Source: a candidate division FCPU426 bacterium (GTDB lineage: Bacteria > Oederibacteriota > Muellerivitia > Muellerivitales > Muellerivitaceae). From it: DNA of 64,000 bases. Positions 9,083 to 19,009 of the stretch are shown piece after piece. The DNA lies in the NCBI GenBank assembly GCA_963738405.1, contig CAVTWJ010000023.1:256001-320000 (forward strand), in the 5' to 3' direction. A program made the translations under genes and the position numbers. The notes under the pieces are model-generated. The model did no database searches. It was not told the origin of the DNA and saw only the letters and a program-made list of their open reading frames with translations. Position 1 is the first letter of the stretch. Each line of letters starts with the position of its first letter.

Positions 9083-10933
9083 TTATTCAACTGTCACACT
9101 TTTGGCTAAATTTCGGGGTTGGTCGATCTCGCGATGCTTATTCTTTGCTATTTCGTAAGCTAATAATTGTAGGGGTAAAACCGAGATAAGAGGCGCAAAG
9201 TCCTCCCCCAATGAAGGGATTTCGATGACATGGTCGGCTTTTCTTGATGCTTCCTTATCACCCTTTTCAACCAGGGCGATCAATCGGCCCGACCGGGCCT
9301 TTACCTCTTCCATGTTATTAAGAATTTTCTCGTAAGAACCCGAGGATTTCAGGGCAATGGCCACCACTGGCATCTTAGGATCGATCAGAGCGATAGGCCC
9401 ATGTTTCATTTCTCCACCTGGATAGCCTTCAGCATGGATATATGAAATTTCCTTTAACTTCAAAGCTCCCTCTAAGGCGATTGGATACTCGATGCCGCGT
9501 CCAATGTAGAGGAAATTGAAGTAGGTAGAGTAAATCCTGGCAATCTTCTCAATGGCTTTACGTTGTTTCAAAACCACCCCCATAAGCCTGGGCACTTGGG
9601 AAAGCTTTTCGGACAATTGCAGCAAGGTTTTGGGCGAAAGGGTCTTGCGAACCTTGGCTAAATAGAGGGTTACAAGCCAAAGAGCTCCCAGTTGAGTGGT
9701 AAAGGCCTTAGTCGAAGCCACCCCAATTTCTGGTCCCGCGCGGGTTAACAGCACGCAGTCCGCCTCCCTGGTAGCGGAACTGCCCATGACGTTACATATG
9801 GTAACCACCTTGGCGCCCTTGGCTTTGGCCTCTCTCAAGGCAACCAAGGTATCCACCGTTTCCCCGCTTTGGGTAATCACAACTACCAAGCTGTCAGGTC
9901 CTAACACGGGATTGCGATAACGAAATTCAGAAGCGTTATCTACCTCCACCGGCACCCTCAAGTACTTTTCGAGCAAAAACTTGCCCACTAAACCGGCGTA
10001 GTAAGAGGTTCCCATGGCTAAAATAGTTATCTTTTTGAATTTCTTAAGAAAAGGCGATTCCCAAAACTTGCCTTCCAAGGCCACTTCCCCGGTTCCGGGG
10101 TTCAGGCGACTGGTGAAGGTGTCTACTAAGGCCCTGGGCTGTTCCATGATCTCCTTGAGCATGAAATGGGGGTAGCCCCCCTTTTCCGCCTGTTCGGAAG
10201 ACCATTCGATGTCCGAAGGCCTCTTCTCCACCCCTTCCCCATCTCCAACGCCTAGTATTTTTACTTCGTTGGAGGTGACTACCGCCATTTCGTTGTCATC
10301 CAGATAAATCACCTTGCGGGTATGGGCCAAAAGGGCGGGCACATCCGAAGCCAAAAAGTTCTCACCCTTGCCTAACCCAACAACCAGGGACCCTCCCCCA
10401 TAGCGGGCGCCGATCAAGCAATCAGGTTCGGCCTCATTGACCGCCACCACCGAATAGGGACCCTTGATCTTCTTAAGGGCGAAGCGGACAGCCTCCACCC
10501 AGGGTTTGTGATGCAGTTCTTCCTCAATCAAATGGGCCAAAACTTCCGAATCGGTCTGGGATTTGAACCGGTGACCCCTAGATTGGAGCTGTTTCTTCAA
10601 AAGTTGGTAGTTTTCGATGATTCCGTTATGAACCACCGCCACCCTTTGGGTGCAATCAGTATGGGGATGGGCGTTTTGGTCTGTAGGGTGGCCGTGAGTG
10701 GCCCAGCGAGTATGGCCAATACCTGCGGTGAGAGCGGAAGGGAGCTTGGCAGCCTTAACAGCCGCGAAAAGGTTGCCGATCTTGCCGGCTTTTTTAACGA
10801 TCTTCAGGCGGGTTTGAGGGGTCACCAAGGCCAAACCGGCGGAATCGTACCCCCGATATTCCAGCTTGGCCAACCCGTTTAAAAGAATAGGGGCGGCGGG
10901 CTTGGGGCCGGTATACCCAACGATTCCACACAT
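9083..10933 (-). CDS. glmS: Glutamine-fructose-6-phosphate transaminase
   Basis: MCGIVG N-terminus, LEYRGYDSAG, GHTRWATHG, SQSGET, PRNLAKSVTVE. Confidence 0.98.
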   Translation of the reverse strand: MCGIVGYTGPKPAAPILLNGLAKLEYRGYDSAGLALVTPQTRLKIVKKAGKIGNLFAAVKAAKLPSALTAGIGHTRWATHGHPTDQNAHPHTDCTQRVAVVHNGIIENYQLLKKQLQSRGHRFKSQTDSEVLAHLIEEELHHKPWVEAVRFALKKIKGPYSVVAVNEAEPDCLIGARYGGGSLVVGLGKGENFLASDVPALLAHTRKVIYLDDNEMAVVTSNEVKILGVGDGEGVEKRPSDIEWSSEQAEKGGYPHFMLKEIMEQPRALVDTFTSRLNPGTGEVALEGKFWESPFLKKFKKITILAMGTSYYAGLVGKFLLEKYLRVPVEVDNASEFRYRNPVLGPDSLVVVITQSGETVDTLVALREAKAKGAKVVTICNVMGSSATREADCVLLTRAGPEIGVASTKAFTTQLGALWLVTLYLAKVRKTLSPKTLLQLSEKLSQVPRLMGVVLKQRKAIEKIARIYSTYFNFLYIGRGIEYPIALEGALKLKEISYIHAEGYPGGEMKHGPIALIDPKMPVVAIALKSSGSYEKILNNMEEVKARSGRLIALVEKGDKEASRKADHVIEIPSLGEDFAPLISVLPLQLLAYEIAKNKHREIDQPRNLAKSVTVE

Positions 10934-10997
10934 GTTTCTTGCCTTTATTGGGAGATTGAAGCGATTGCCGGGCATGGTAACACGCCCACTTGAGGCC

Positions 10998-11840
10998 TTA
11001 CAACGACACCTCGGCCTCCAAGGCCTTAGATAGTTCCATCAACTTTTCAATTCCAAGCTTCTCGCCCCTAATTTGGGGATCAAGCCCGGTTTTATTCAAG
11101 GCCGATAAAACTTGTTCTGGGGATTTCCCCAAGCTTTTGAGGGAATTGGTAATTACTTTCCGGCGGCTCTGAAAGATGGCCCGAACCACATTAAAAAAGG
11201 CTTTCTCCGAATCCTTTTCCAGCGGCAACTGAGGCTTCAAAACTAGCTCGACAAAAGCTGAATCCACCTTGGGGCGGGGCTTGAAACACCGGGCGGGCAC
11301 TTCCACCACCCTTTTGACCTGGGAATAGTATTGGGCGCAAAGGGTTAAGGCGCTGTAATCCTTGGTGCCGGGTTTGGCTTCCAACCGGTCAGCCACTTCT
11401 TTTTGAACCATCAGGTAGATACGGCGGACGATGGGCTGGTACTGGGTCAAAAGTTTGGTGATCAGGGGGGTTGTCAGGTAGTAGGGGATATTTCCTGCCA
11501 CGGTCAGCTTGGCAGGAGGGGGCGGGGCCAGGGGGGCCAGGTCGGTTTTTAAAATGTCACCCTTGATCAGCCTTAGATTAGGCGAAGACCCGAACTTCTT
11601 CTCAAGCATAGCGAAAAGCTTGTGGTCCACTTCCACCACCGTCAGAGGCTTTTCTTTCTTCAAAAGCCTTTCAGTGAGGGCGCCATAGCCTCCCCCAACC
11701 TCCAAAAGGATGTCCCCGGGAGGGCAGTTGATGGCCTTTTCAATCTTATCGAGAATGGAATGATCGGTCAGAAAGTTCTGGCCCGCAGACTTGCGGGGAC
11801 GGTAGGAGTATTCTTCAAACAGCTCCCGAATGGTCGTCAT
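10998..11840 (-). CDS. rsmA: 16S rRNA m6,2A dimethyltransferase
   Basis: GQNFL, LEVGGGYGALT, GNIPYYLTTP, MVQKEVA, PKVDSA. Confidence 0.96.
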   Translation of the reverse strand: MTTIRELFEEYSYRPRKSAGQNFLTDHSILDKIEKAINCPPGDILLEVGGGYGALTERLLKKEKPLTVVEVDHKLFAMLEKKFGSSPNLRLIKGDILKTDLAPLAPPPPAKLTVAGNIPYYLTTPLITKLLTQYQPIVRRIYLMVQKEVADRLEAKPGTKDYSALTLCAQYYSQVKRVVEVPARCFKPRPKVDSAFVELVLKPQLPLEKDSEKAFFNVVRAIFQSRRKVITNSLKSLGKSPEQVLSALNKTGLDPQIRGEKLGIEKLMELSKALEAEVSL

Positions 11841-12841
11841 AACGCCTTTTCGGCGAGCTGACCGGCCAGGCGGATAGCCGCCATCATGCTGGAGGGGCCG
11901 GCTTTGCCCTTGCCCGCGATGTCAAAAGCGGTACCGTGGTCCGGCGAAGTGCGGATAAAAGGAAGCCCCAGAGTCATGTTGACTCCTTGGTCAAAGGCCG
12001 CAAGTTTTAGGGGGATCAGCCCCTGGTCGTGGTACATGCAAAGCACGGCGTCATAGCGGCCTTTGGAGGCCCAGTAGAAAAGGGTATCGGGGGGGTGGGG
12101 CCCGGTCACGGCCCAGCCCAGCTTGCGGGCCTTCGCTACCACAGGGTTCAAAATGGTTTTTTCTTCTTTTCCAAAGGCCCCGTTCTCTCCCGCGTGGGGG
12201 TTCACCCCCGCCACCGCGATACGGGGGTTCTTGATCCCAAACCACCTTTGAAGGCTCTTATGGGCCAGTTCCAGTTTTTCCCAAACCTTGGGCCGGGTGA
12301 TTTCTTTTAGTGCGTCCTTGAGAGAAAGGTGGATCGATTGAAGCACGATCTTAAAGGGGCCTCCCACCATCATCATCGCAAAGTCTTTACGGTCTGAAAG
12401 GTGGGCCAAAAGCTCAGTATGTCCGGGAAAAATGCATCCTGCCTTATGGATAGCTTCTTTGCTGATCGGGGCAGTTACCAAAGCGGATGCCTTACCTTCC
12501 AAGGCCAGCTGGGCGCCCTTAATGATGTAATGCACAGCGGCAGTGCCGGAAGAAGCAGATATCTTTCCCCATTGGGATTTTTCTGCCCCGCCTAAATCCA
12601 AGACCCCAATCCTTCCCCGCCCTACCAGGGCCGGGCCTTGGGAATCCAGTTTTTCGAGGGGCAGTTTGATCTTGAATCGCTTAGCGCAGGCGGTGAGGTA
12701 GGCAAAATCCCCGACCAGGCAATAGAGGTGTTTGGAACCCGGAATCAGTTTGGCCAGTGCCTTTAGCGTGACTTCCGCACCAATACCAGAAGGGTCTCCG
12801 GTCGAGATGGCGATGGGGGGCTTAAATTCGGATGATTTCAT
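11837..12841 (-). CDS. pdxA: 4-hydroxythreonine-4-phosphate dehydrogenase
   Basis: GDPSGIGAE, PGHTE, NPHAGE, MYHDQGLIP, RTSPDHGTAFDIAG. Confidence 0.95.
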   Translation of the reverse strand: MKSSEFKPPIAISTGDPSGIGAEVTLKALAKLIPGSKHLYCLVGDFAYLTACAKRFKIKLPLEKLDSQGPALVGRGRIGVLDLGGAEKSQWGKISASSGTAAVHYIIKGAQLALEGKASALVTAPISKEAIHKAGCIFPGHTELLAHLSDRKDFAMMMVGGPFKIVLQSIHLSLKDALKEITRPKVWEKLELAHKSLQRWFGIKNPRIAVAGVNPHAGENGAFGKEEKTILNPVVAKARKLGWAVTGPHPPDTLFYWASKGRYDAVLCMYHDQGLIPLKLAAFDQGVNMTLGLPFIRTSPDHGTAFDIAGKGKAGPSSMMAAIRLAGQLAEKAL

Positions 12842-12858
12842 GAACTTCCTAATGAATT

Positions 12859-14184
12859 CTAAAGAACCTTCGCGGCCAAGGCGGCCAACTGGGACCTTTC
12901 ACTCTTGGACAGGGTGATATGGCCAAACATTTCATTACCCTTGAACCTTTCGGCCAGGTACACGATGCCGTTGGAAGAGGCATCCAAATAGGGATTGTCG
13001 ATTTGGTAGGGGTCCCCGGTCATGACAACCTTGGTACCCACCCCTGCCCTCGAAACGATGGTTTTGATCTCATGCGGAGTCAAGTTTTGGGCTTCATCCA
13101 CGATCAGGAACTGTTTGGGAATCGAACGGCCCCGGATATAGGTCAAGGCTTCCAGTTCCAGTTTGTGCGAATCAAGCAGGTACTGCACCTTGTCGTCCAC
13201 TTCTTCGGCGTCATTCTGCAGGTGGCCCTTATCCAATATGAATTCCAGGTTGTCGAAAATGGGCTGCATCCAGTTCATTAACTTTTCGTCTTTACTGCCG
13301 GGCAGATAGCCGATGTCTTTTCCCAACGGCACGATAGGACGGGAAACCAGCACTCTGCGGTATTTTTTCTCATCCAGGCTCTTCAACAGCCCTGCAGCTA
13401 AGGCCAAGAGGGTCTTACCCGTTCCCGCTGAACCCACAAGGGTCACCATGCTAATGCGGTCATTCAATAGAAGGTTCAGAGCAAAATATTGTTCAAGGTT
13501 CAGAGCTTTGATGCCCCAGGCTTCAGGATCTTTGAACCAGAGGGTCTGAGCTTCCTTCAATCCATCTTTGTAAATCCCCCGGGCGGTTTTGGATTCGTGA
13601 ATATCGCTTTTCAAAAGCAGGAACTCGTTCTCATAAAACTGGTTCGTTTCCAGGTAGGGCGTCATTGAAATTTTTCCGGATTTGTAAAACTCGTCTATTT
13701 CCGCGTCCTTGACGGTCACGGTGGCCCAACCCGCGTAAAGCTCGTCGATATTGACCTTGTTGGTTTCGAAGTCTTCCGATTCCACACCCAGGGCGTCCGC
13801 TTTGACACGCACGTTGATATCTTTTGTCACGAAATGGACATCTTCGCCCTTTTGTTTCAGGGACAAGGCGATGCCGATAATATTGTTGTCGATCTTCATG
13901 TGCGAAAGGGAGGCGGGCAGATGTCCGTTGGGGGTAGAGATTTCTACCTTTAAAATCCCCCCGTTAGGAAGCGGCACCCCATTCGGCAAGTTGCCCTTTT
14001 TGCGAAGTTCATCAAGCTTGCGGGCCACTTCCCGGGCGTTGCGGCCCCTTTCATCCTGATACTTTTTGAAAGTATCAAGTTCCTCAATGACCCCCAGGGG
14101 AATTACTACGATGTTGTCCGCAAAGGACTCGATCGCGTGCGGATTGTGAATCAATACGTTGGTATCCAGAACGAAAGTTTTCAT
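12859..14184 (-). CDS. PIN domain-PhoH ATPase (PhoH2-like)
   Basis: FVLDTNVL PIN start, TKDINVRVKA, GSAGTGKT, IRGRSI, DEAQNLT. Confidence 0.93.
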   Translation of the reverse strand: MKTFVLDTNVLIHNPHAIESFADNIVVIPLGVIEELDTFKKYQDERGRNAREVARKLDELRKKGNLPNGVPLPNGGILKVEISTPNGHLPASLSHMKIDNNIIGIALSLKQKGEDVHFVTKDINVRVKADALGVESEDFETNKVNIDELYAGWATVTVKDAEIDEFYKSGKISMTPYLETNQFYENEFLLLKSDIHESKTARGIYKDGLKEAQTLWFKDPEAWGIKALNLEQYFALNLLLNDRISMVTLVGSAGTGKTLLALAAGLLKSLDEKKYRRVLVSRPIVPLGKDIGYLPGSKDEKLMNWMQPIFDNLEFILDKGHLQNDAEEVDDKVQYLLDSHKLELEALTYIRGRSIPKQFLIVDEAQNLTPHEIKTIVSRAGVGTKVVMTGDPYQIDNPYLDASSNGIVYLAERFKGNEMFGHITLSKSERSQLAALAAKVL

Positions 14185-14266
14185 ACCGACCCTCCATTCC
14201 CAAAAAATGATAAAGAGGTCGGCATAGAGCCGATTTCATTTAATTTTATGAATAACGTGAATCGGT

Positions 14267-14995
14267 TCATGGGGTTGGGGCCTCCGGGTGAGATAGATGG
14301 GGTTTCACCAAAAAAAAGCACATCCGGGCCAGCTCAAGGGCCCGGTGGTACGTCTCTGAAAAGGCGGCGGATAAAGGCAGAACTTGCGGCCAAAGGAAGG
14401 AAGTAAGAAGCATTAAGCCAATCATATTTCCCGCGAAAATGAAAATCAAGGAAAAGGCCACCCCGCCGTCTTTTAAGTCCGTCTGGGGATGGGAAAGCGA
14501 GTAAACCGTCAGCGCCACGTGAAAGGCGTAAGTAAACCCGATAAGCCCCACGAGATAAATCTTGAAAGGTTCAGCCGCGATGAGATAAAGGCCGAGCGTA
14601 ACAACCGTGTAAAAGGGGAAGATATAGGGCGCCAAACTGATGAAGACGTGCGATTTATTTACCATCGTGGATCCGCCGGTTTTCGTGGCATGAACCGCCG
14701 TCACTTTGCCACCCATTAAGATGGCGGCCAGTGCGTGGGTGAGTTCGTGGGCCAAAACATGGGTCAAGATGGGCTTATAGAAGGCGAAATGAATAATGAG
14801 GTAGAGGACAAAGCCCGACAAGAAAACAATCGTGGTCTTGCTGGCCCAGGGTATTCCGGCCCAAGCAGGTCCCAAAACCCAACCCATAGCCAACGACAGC
14901 CAAATTAATAGAATGGCGAAAAACCATTTCAAGAAAAACCCAGCGATGGATTTATGCAGAGCCAAAATTACCTTCTTTAAATTTGTTTCACGCAT
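14267..14995 (-). CDS. Membrane zinc metallopeptidase (M50-like)
   Basis: HELTH (HEXXH) in hydrophobic context, ISLAPY. Confidence 0.7.
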   Translation of the reverse strand: MRETNLKKVILALHKSIAGFFLKWFFAILLIWLSLAMGWVLGPAWAGIPWASKTTIVFLSGFVLYLIIHFAFYKPILTHVLAHELTHALAAILMGGKVTAVHATKTGGSTMVNKSHVFISLAPYIFPFYTVVTLGLYLIAAEPFKIYLVGLIGFTYAFHVALTVYSLSHPQTDLKDGGVAFSLIFIFAGNMIGLMLLTSFLWPQVLPLSAAFSETYHRALELARMCFFLVKPHLSHPEAPTP

Positions 14996-15009
14996 ACTAA
15001 CAAAGAGGC

Positions 15010-15951
15010 TTATTCTTCTGTTTCTTCCTCGGAATCCGCCACCGCTTCCCCTAAGGGAATTTCAGTCGCGATCTTATATACCACTTCCCGGGGCAATCCC
15101 CGCATGCGGGAAACGGCCTTGACCGCCTCGGTCTTGGAAAGGCCCTGGTCGCGCATGAATTCCATCAATTGGTCAGCGATGGAGACCCCAACCCACTTTT
15201 CCTGGTCCGTGTGGTCTACCCTCTCACCGCCCTCGACCACGATCACAAATTCCCCGATGGGTTCGTTCGTTTTGAAATGCTTCCAAAGGTCCTGCAGGGT
15301 GCCGCGCACGAATTCCTCATGCAATTTGGTTAATTCCCTTCCCGCCATGGCTTGGCGGTTGCCGAACACGTTCATCATGTCCTTGAGACTGTTTCGAAGC
15401 CTATGGGGGGATTCAAAGAAAACCAAAGTTCTTTCTTCTGACCTTAACCCTAGAAGTGCGCTTCGGCGCTCGGAGGGTTTAGAGGGCAAGAACCCCAAAA
15501 AGGTGAATGGCGTCGTAACAAAACCCGATACGGGCAAGGAAGCGAGGATCGAAGATGCTCCGGGTATCGGAACCACACGGAAGCCCCTTTGAACCACCTC
15601 TTTAACCACCTTGTCGCCCGGGTCAGAGATACCGGGCATTCCAGCGTCTGTTACCAAAGCTACCGATTTGCCTTCTTCCAAGGCTTTCAAGATTTCGCCC
15701 ACCCTCTTGGTCTCGTTGTGCTCGAAGCAGGAAATCATCTTGGGTGACGGAATCTTGAAATGGTTGAGAAGCCTTAAAGTGTTTCTTGTATCTTCCGCGG
15801 CGATCAATTGGACTTCTTCCAGCACCTTGATGGCCCGAAAGGTCATGTCTTCCAAATTGCCGATGGGTGTGGCCACCAGGTAAAGGGTGGAAGGCAGGAT
15901 GGCGTTTTTTTCAGCGTTTTTTTCGGACACGACGTTTGACCTTTCTGCCAT
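15010..15951 (-). CDS. rsmI: 16S rRNA C1402 2'-O-methyltransferase
   Basis: LYLVATPIGNLED, AEDTR, DAGMPGISDPG, FESPHR, RELTKLHEE. Confidence 0.97.
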   Translation of the reverse strand: MAERSNVVSEKNAEKNAILPSTLYLVATPIGNLEDMTFRAIKVLEEVQLIAAEDTRNTLRLLNHFKIPSPKMISCFEHNETKRVGEILKALEEGKSVALVTDAGMPGISDPGDKVVKEVVQRGFRVVPIPGASSILASLPVSGFVTTPFTFLGFLPSKPSERRSALLGLRSEERTLVFFESPHRLRNSLKDMMNVFGNRQAMAGRELTKLHEEFVRGTLQDLWKHFKTNEPIGEFVIVVEGGERVDHTDQEKWVGVSIADQLMEFMRDQGLSKTEAVKAVSRMRGLPREVVYKIATEIPLGEAVADSEEETEE

Positions 15952-16561
15952 GTTTCGACTTAATAAAACGCACTGGCCTCGGGATGATTTCAGAAACAGG
16001 TATGGGCTTGGGTTGAAAGTAAGTTTTCAGCCTTTCCAAGCCTTCCCAAACCATCCAGCCAATCCCAACCCCGAAAAGATAACCGCCTAAAACATCCGAT
16101 GGGTAATGGAGCCCTAGGTAAATACGGGAAAGACCCACCAGAATGGCAATCGTAATAAAAAGACCTTTAAAAGTAGGAAAGGTCCTTGCCAACAAAAACA
16201 TGGAGGAACCCATGTTGGCCGCGTGGCTGGATGGAAAGGAATAGGCATCGCTCCCCCCCGCCGGGGTCAAAACTCCGGGCAATGCGTTACAGGGCCGGAC
16301 CCGCTGAATCCAATTTTTAAGAACATGGCTTGCCCCCTGATCCGAAAGGGTTACCCCAACCGCAATCCCGAAGACCAGCCAGCGGCCCTTGGCCCCGCCC
16401 CAAATCAACTGATAAAGAATAAAAAGAACAATGACCAGCAAAATGCCCGTGTGGTGAAAATCGGTGATGTATGAAAAAAAACCATTCAGCAGGGGGCAAG
16501 ACCAGCCTTCGTTAACCCATCGAAAAACCGCCACGTCGATGGAATAGAGAAAATCCCCCAA
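15911..16561 (-). CDS. PAP2-family phosphatase (undecaprenyl-PP or lipid phosphatase-like)
   Basis: KNWIQRVRP, SFPSSH, SRIYLGLHYPSD. Confidence 0.92.
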   Translation of the reverse strand: MGDFLYSIDVAVFRWVNEGWSCPLLNGFFSYITDFHHTGILLVIVLFILYQLIWGGAKGRWLVFGIAVGVTLSDQGASHVLKNWIQRVRPCNALPGVLTPAGGSDAYSFPSSHAANMGSSMFLLARTFPTFKGLFITIAILVGLSRIYLGLHYPSDVLGGYLFGVGIGWMVWEGLERLKTYFQPKPIPVSEIIPRPVRFIKSKHGRKVKRRVRKKR

Positions 16562-16564
16562 GGG

Positions 16565-17674
16565 CTAGACCGCCAAGGGAACAGGGTCAAGTTCCGGCAG
16601 GGACTGGTGAATCTCTTCCAAAGTCTTTAAGACCCAATCGTCGTCGTCGGAAGTCAAAAGCTTCTGACGCATTTCCTTCGCCCCCTCGAAACCTTTGATG
16701 TAATGGCTCAAGTGCTTTTTCATCTCCATCAAGCCCAATCGGGGTCCCTTCACCTCGATGGAAACTCGCAGTTGTTCCGCCGCCACGCCCAGTCTGAACT
16801 TGAGCGAGGGCCGGGGCATGGCCTTGCCGGTCTCCAGGAAATGATTAATCTCAGCGAAGATCCAGGGGGCCCCCATGCTTCCCCGGCCGATCATAATGCC
16901 GTCACAGCCTGTTTCGATAAACAGCTTGTAGGCGTCCAAGGCGGTCTTCACGTCTCCGTTGCCGATAATAGGAATTTTCGCCTTTTCCTTAAGGCGTTTG
17001 ATGACCTGCCAGTCGGCCTTGCCGTCAAACATTTGGTTTCGGGTACGGGCATGTACCGCTAACGCCGCCGCCCCCGCCGATTGAACCGCGTCCAAAAGCT
17101 CAAACACCGCGTTATCCATGGCGTCGTAGCCCGCGCGGGTCTTTACCGTAATGGGCACCTTGCCTCCCGTGGCCTTGACCATAGCCTCCACGATCCAGCC
17201 CGCCCTTTGGGGCTCTTTCAAAACCGCCGCTCCCGAATCGCACTTGAGTATCTTCCCCACGGGACAGCCGAAGTTGATATCGATGATGTCGGGATGAACT
17301 TCCTCCATCACCCGCGCGGCCGCTTCCCCCATGATGGCCGGGTCTCCGCCAAACAGCTGAACCCCCACAGGGCGCTCGGGCTCGGTGAAGGCCATCAGGT
17401 CTTCTGTCTTGTCGCTTCCATGCAGCAGGGCCCGGGAACTGACCATCTCGGTCACCACCATGGCGGCGCCATAGCGCCGTGCCAAACGGCGGAAAGCCGT
17501 GTCGGTGTAACCCGCCATGGGGGCCAAAATGACCCGGCCGTTAAGGGTTAAAGGTCCCAATTGGAATTCACGGGCGTTCTTGCCCAGGGATTCTAGGGTC
17601 GGGCCGTTCATTTCCGACTCGAGCGGAAGGGGCTCCACCTGGTCGGGGTTAGGATTTCTAGGCATGACGCTCAT
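16565..17674 (-). CDS. dusB: tRNA dihydrouridine synthase
   Basis: LAPMAGYTD, DINFGCP, HARTR, IGNGDV, MIGRG. Confidence 0.93.
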   Translation of the reverse strand: MSVMPRNPNPDQVEPLPLESEMNGPTLESLGKNAREFQLGPLTLNGRVILAPMAGYTDTAFRRLARRYGAAMVVTEMVSSRALLHGSDKTEDLMAFTEPERPVGVQLFGGDPAIMGEAAARVMEEVHPDIIDINFGCPVGKILKCDSGAAVLKEPQRAGWIVEAMVKATGGKVPITVKTRAGYDAMDNAVFELLDAVQSAGAAALAVHARTRNQMFDGKADWQVIKRLKEKAKIPIIGNGDVKTALDAYKLFIETGCDGIMIGRGSMGAPWIFAEINHFLETGKAMPRPSLKFRLGVAAEQLRVSIEVKGPRLGLMEMKKHLSHYIKGFEGAKEMRQKLLTSDDDDWVLKTLEEIHQSLPELDPVPLAV

Positions 17675-17711
17675 TTAAATTCCTCTTCAAAAAGTCCAAA
17701 AAGACATTATC

Positions 17712-17812
17712 CACCACCAAGACACAAAGACACCAAGAACACCTTAAGATAATAAAAAAACCAGAAACAATATTGTTTTGGCATTTCTTGGTGCCTTGGT
17801 GCCTTGGTGGTG
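17712..17812. repeat. CACCAAG hairpin element, copy 1
   Basis: Left arm CACCACCAAGACACAAAGACACCAAGAA 17712-17739, inverted right arm 17785-17812, 45-nt spacer. Confidence 0.92.
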
Positions 17813-17839
17813 ATCAGATTTTTTTAGATTATCAGTTGG

Positions 17840-18868
17840 TCATTCTAACAAGAAGGGTTGGTGGCCGAAAGGGGAGGCATTTGCCGTAGCCGACAGGGCC
17901 GCTGTTTTACCCTGTGAAAGCTGATAGGCGCCCAGCCCCGCGATCATGGCGGCGTTGTCCGAGCAAAACTTCGGAGGCGGCACCCGCAAAGCAATTCCCC
18001 GAGGATCGGTTTCCGATTTCAACACCCTGCGCAAAGCCGAATTGCAGGCCACCCCTCCCCCCACGACCAAACTTTTGGGGTGATGCTCATCCAAGATTTT
18101 CCGAACCCGGTAAAGAATTTCTTCCAGTACCGTGTTCTGGAAACGTGCCGCCAGCAATATCTTGTCCTTTTCCTCTTTGGGCGGGTGGTGTTTGATTTCC
18201 AGCCCTACGGCGGTCTTAAGGCCGCTAAAGGAAAAATCGAGGGTTTTGTCTTTCATCCGCGAAGCGGGAAAGGTCATCTTCACTTCCGGCGCCTGCGCCG
18301 CCAGTTTTTCTATCATCGGCCCGCCGGGATAAGCCAGACCCATCAGCTTGGCCACCTTATCGAAAGCCTCTCCGGCCGCGTCGTCCCGGGTGGAACATAG
18401 GAGCCGGTAGGACCCCCAATTTTCAATGTGGTAGAGCTCCGTATGGCCTCCCGAAACCACCAGGCCGATGGCGGGAAAAAGAATAGGTTCGTCATCCAAC
18501 CTGGCCGCGTAAAGATGGGCCTCGATATGGTGGATGGCCACGAAGGGGATCTTGAGCCGAAAGGCCATTCCCTTGGCGGCTGAAACCCCCACCAAAAGGG
18601 CCCCGATCAAGCCGGGAGCTGCGGTCACGGCAATGCCTGTCAAATCGTCCCAGCCCACCTGGGCCTGTTTTAAAACTTCCCGTGTCAAAAAGGGAAGACT
18701 TTCTAAATGCTGGCGGGAAGCCACCTCAGGCACCACCCCGCCGTAGGGGGCATGCATCAGGGTTTGGCTGGCCACCTCATTGGCGAGTACGCGGTAGCCG
18801 TCTTCCACGATGGCCGTGGAGGTCTCGTCGCAGGAGGATTCGATTCCCAGCACCAAGCTTTTCGACAT
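17840..18868 (-). CDS. tsaD: tRNA t6A37 threonylcarbamoyltransferase
   Basis: LGIESSCDET, GGVVPEVASRQH, HHIEAH, VSGGHT, DDAAGEAFDK, SDNAAMI. Confidence 0.98.
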   Translation of the reverse strand: MSKSLVLGIESSCDETSTAIVEDGYRVLANEVASQTLMHAPYGGVVPEVASRQHLESLPFLTREVLKQAQVGWDDLTGIAVTAAPGLIGALLVGVSAAKGMAFRLKIPFVAIHHIEAHLYAARLDDEPILFPAIGLVVSGGHTELYHIENWGSYRLLCSTRDDAAGEAFDKVAKLMGLAYPGGPMIEKLAAQAPEVKMTFPASRMKDKTLDFSFSGLKTAVGLEIKHHPPKEEKDKILLAARFQNTVLEEILYRVRKILDEHHPKSLVVGGGVACNSALRRVLKSETDPRGIALRVPPPKFCSDNAAMIAGLGAYQLSQGKTAALSATANASPFGHQPFLLE

Positions 18869-18895
18869 TTAAAATCCTTAAAAACAATAATTTTT

Positions 18896-19005
18896 CACCA
18901 CCAAGACACGAAGACACCAAGAAGATCAAAGTTCATAAACATGTTTAAAGTCTTTTTCCTTCTTTCGATTCACGTTGTTCTTGGCGACTTGGTGCCTTGG
19001 TGGTA
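18896..19005. repeat. CACCAAG hairpin element, copy 2
   Basis: Arms 18896-18923 and 18978-19005, 54-nt spacer. Confidence 0.92.
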
Positions 19006-19009
19006 AATC

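Noticed and set aside
10934..10997. glmS ribozyme upstream of glmS
   Set aside because: Only ~64 nt separate rsmA and glmS, and no ribozyme core is visible.
18682..19006. Short ORFs crossing repeat copies (also 34203-34472)
   Set aside because: They merely translate the repeat arms (HHQDTKTPR-like) and overlap real genes.
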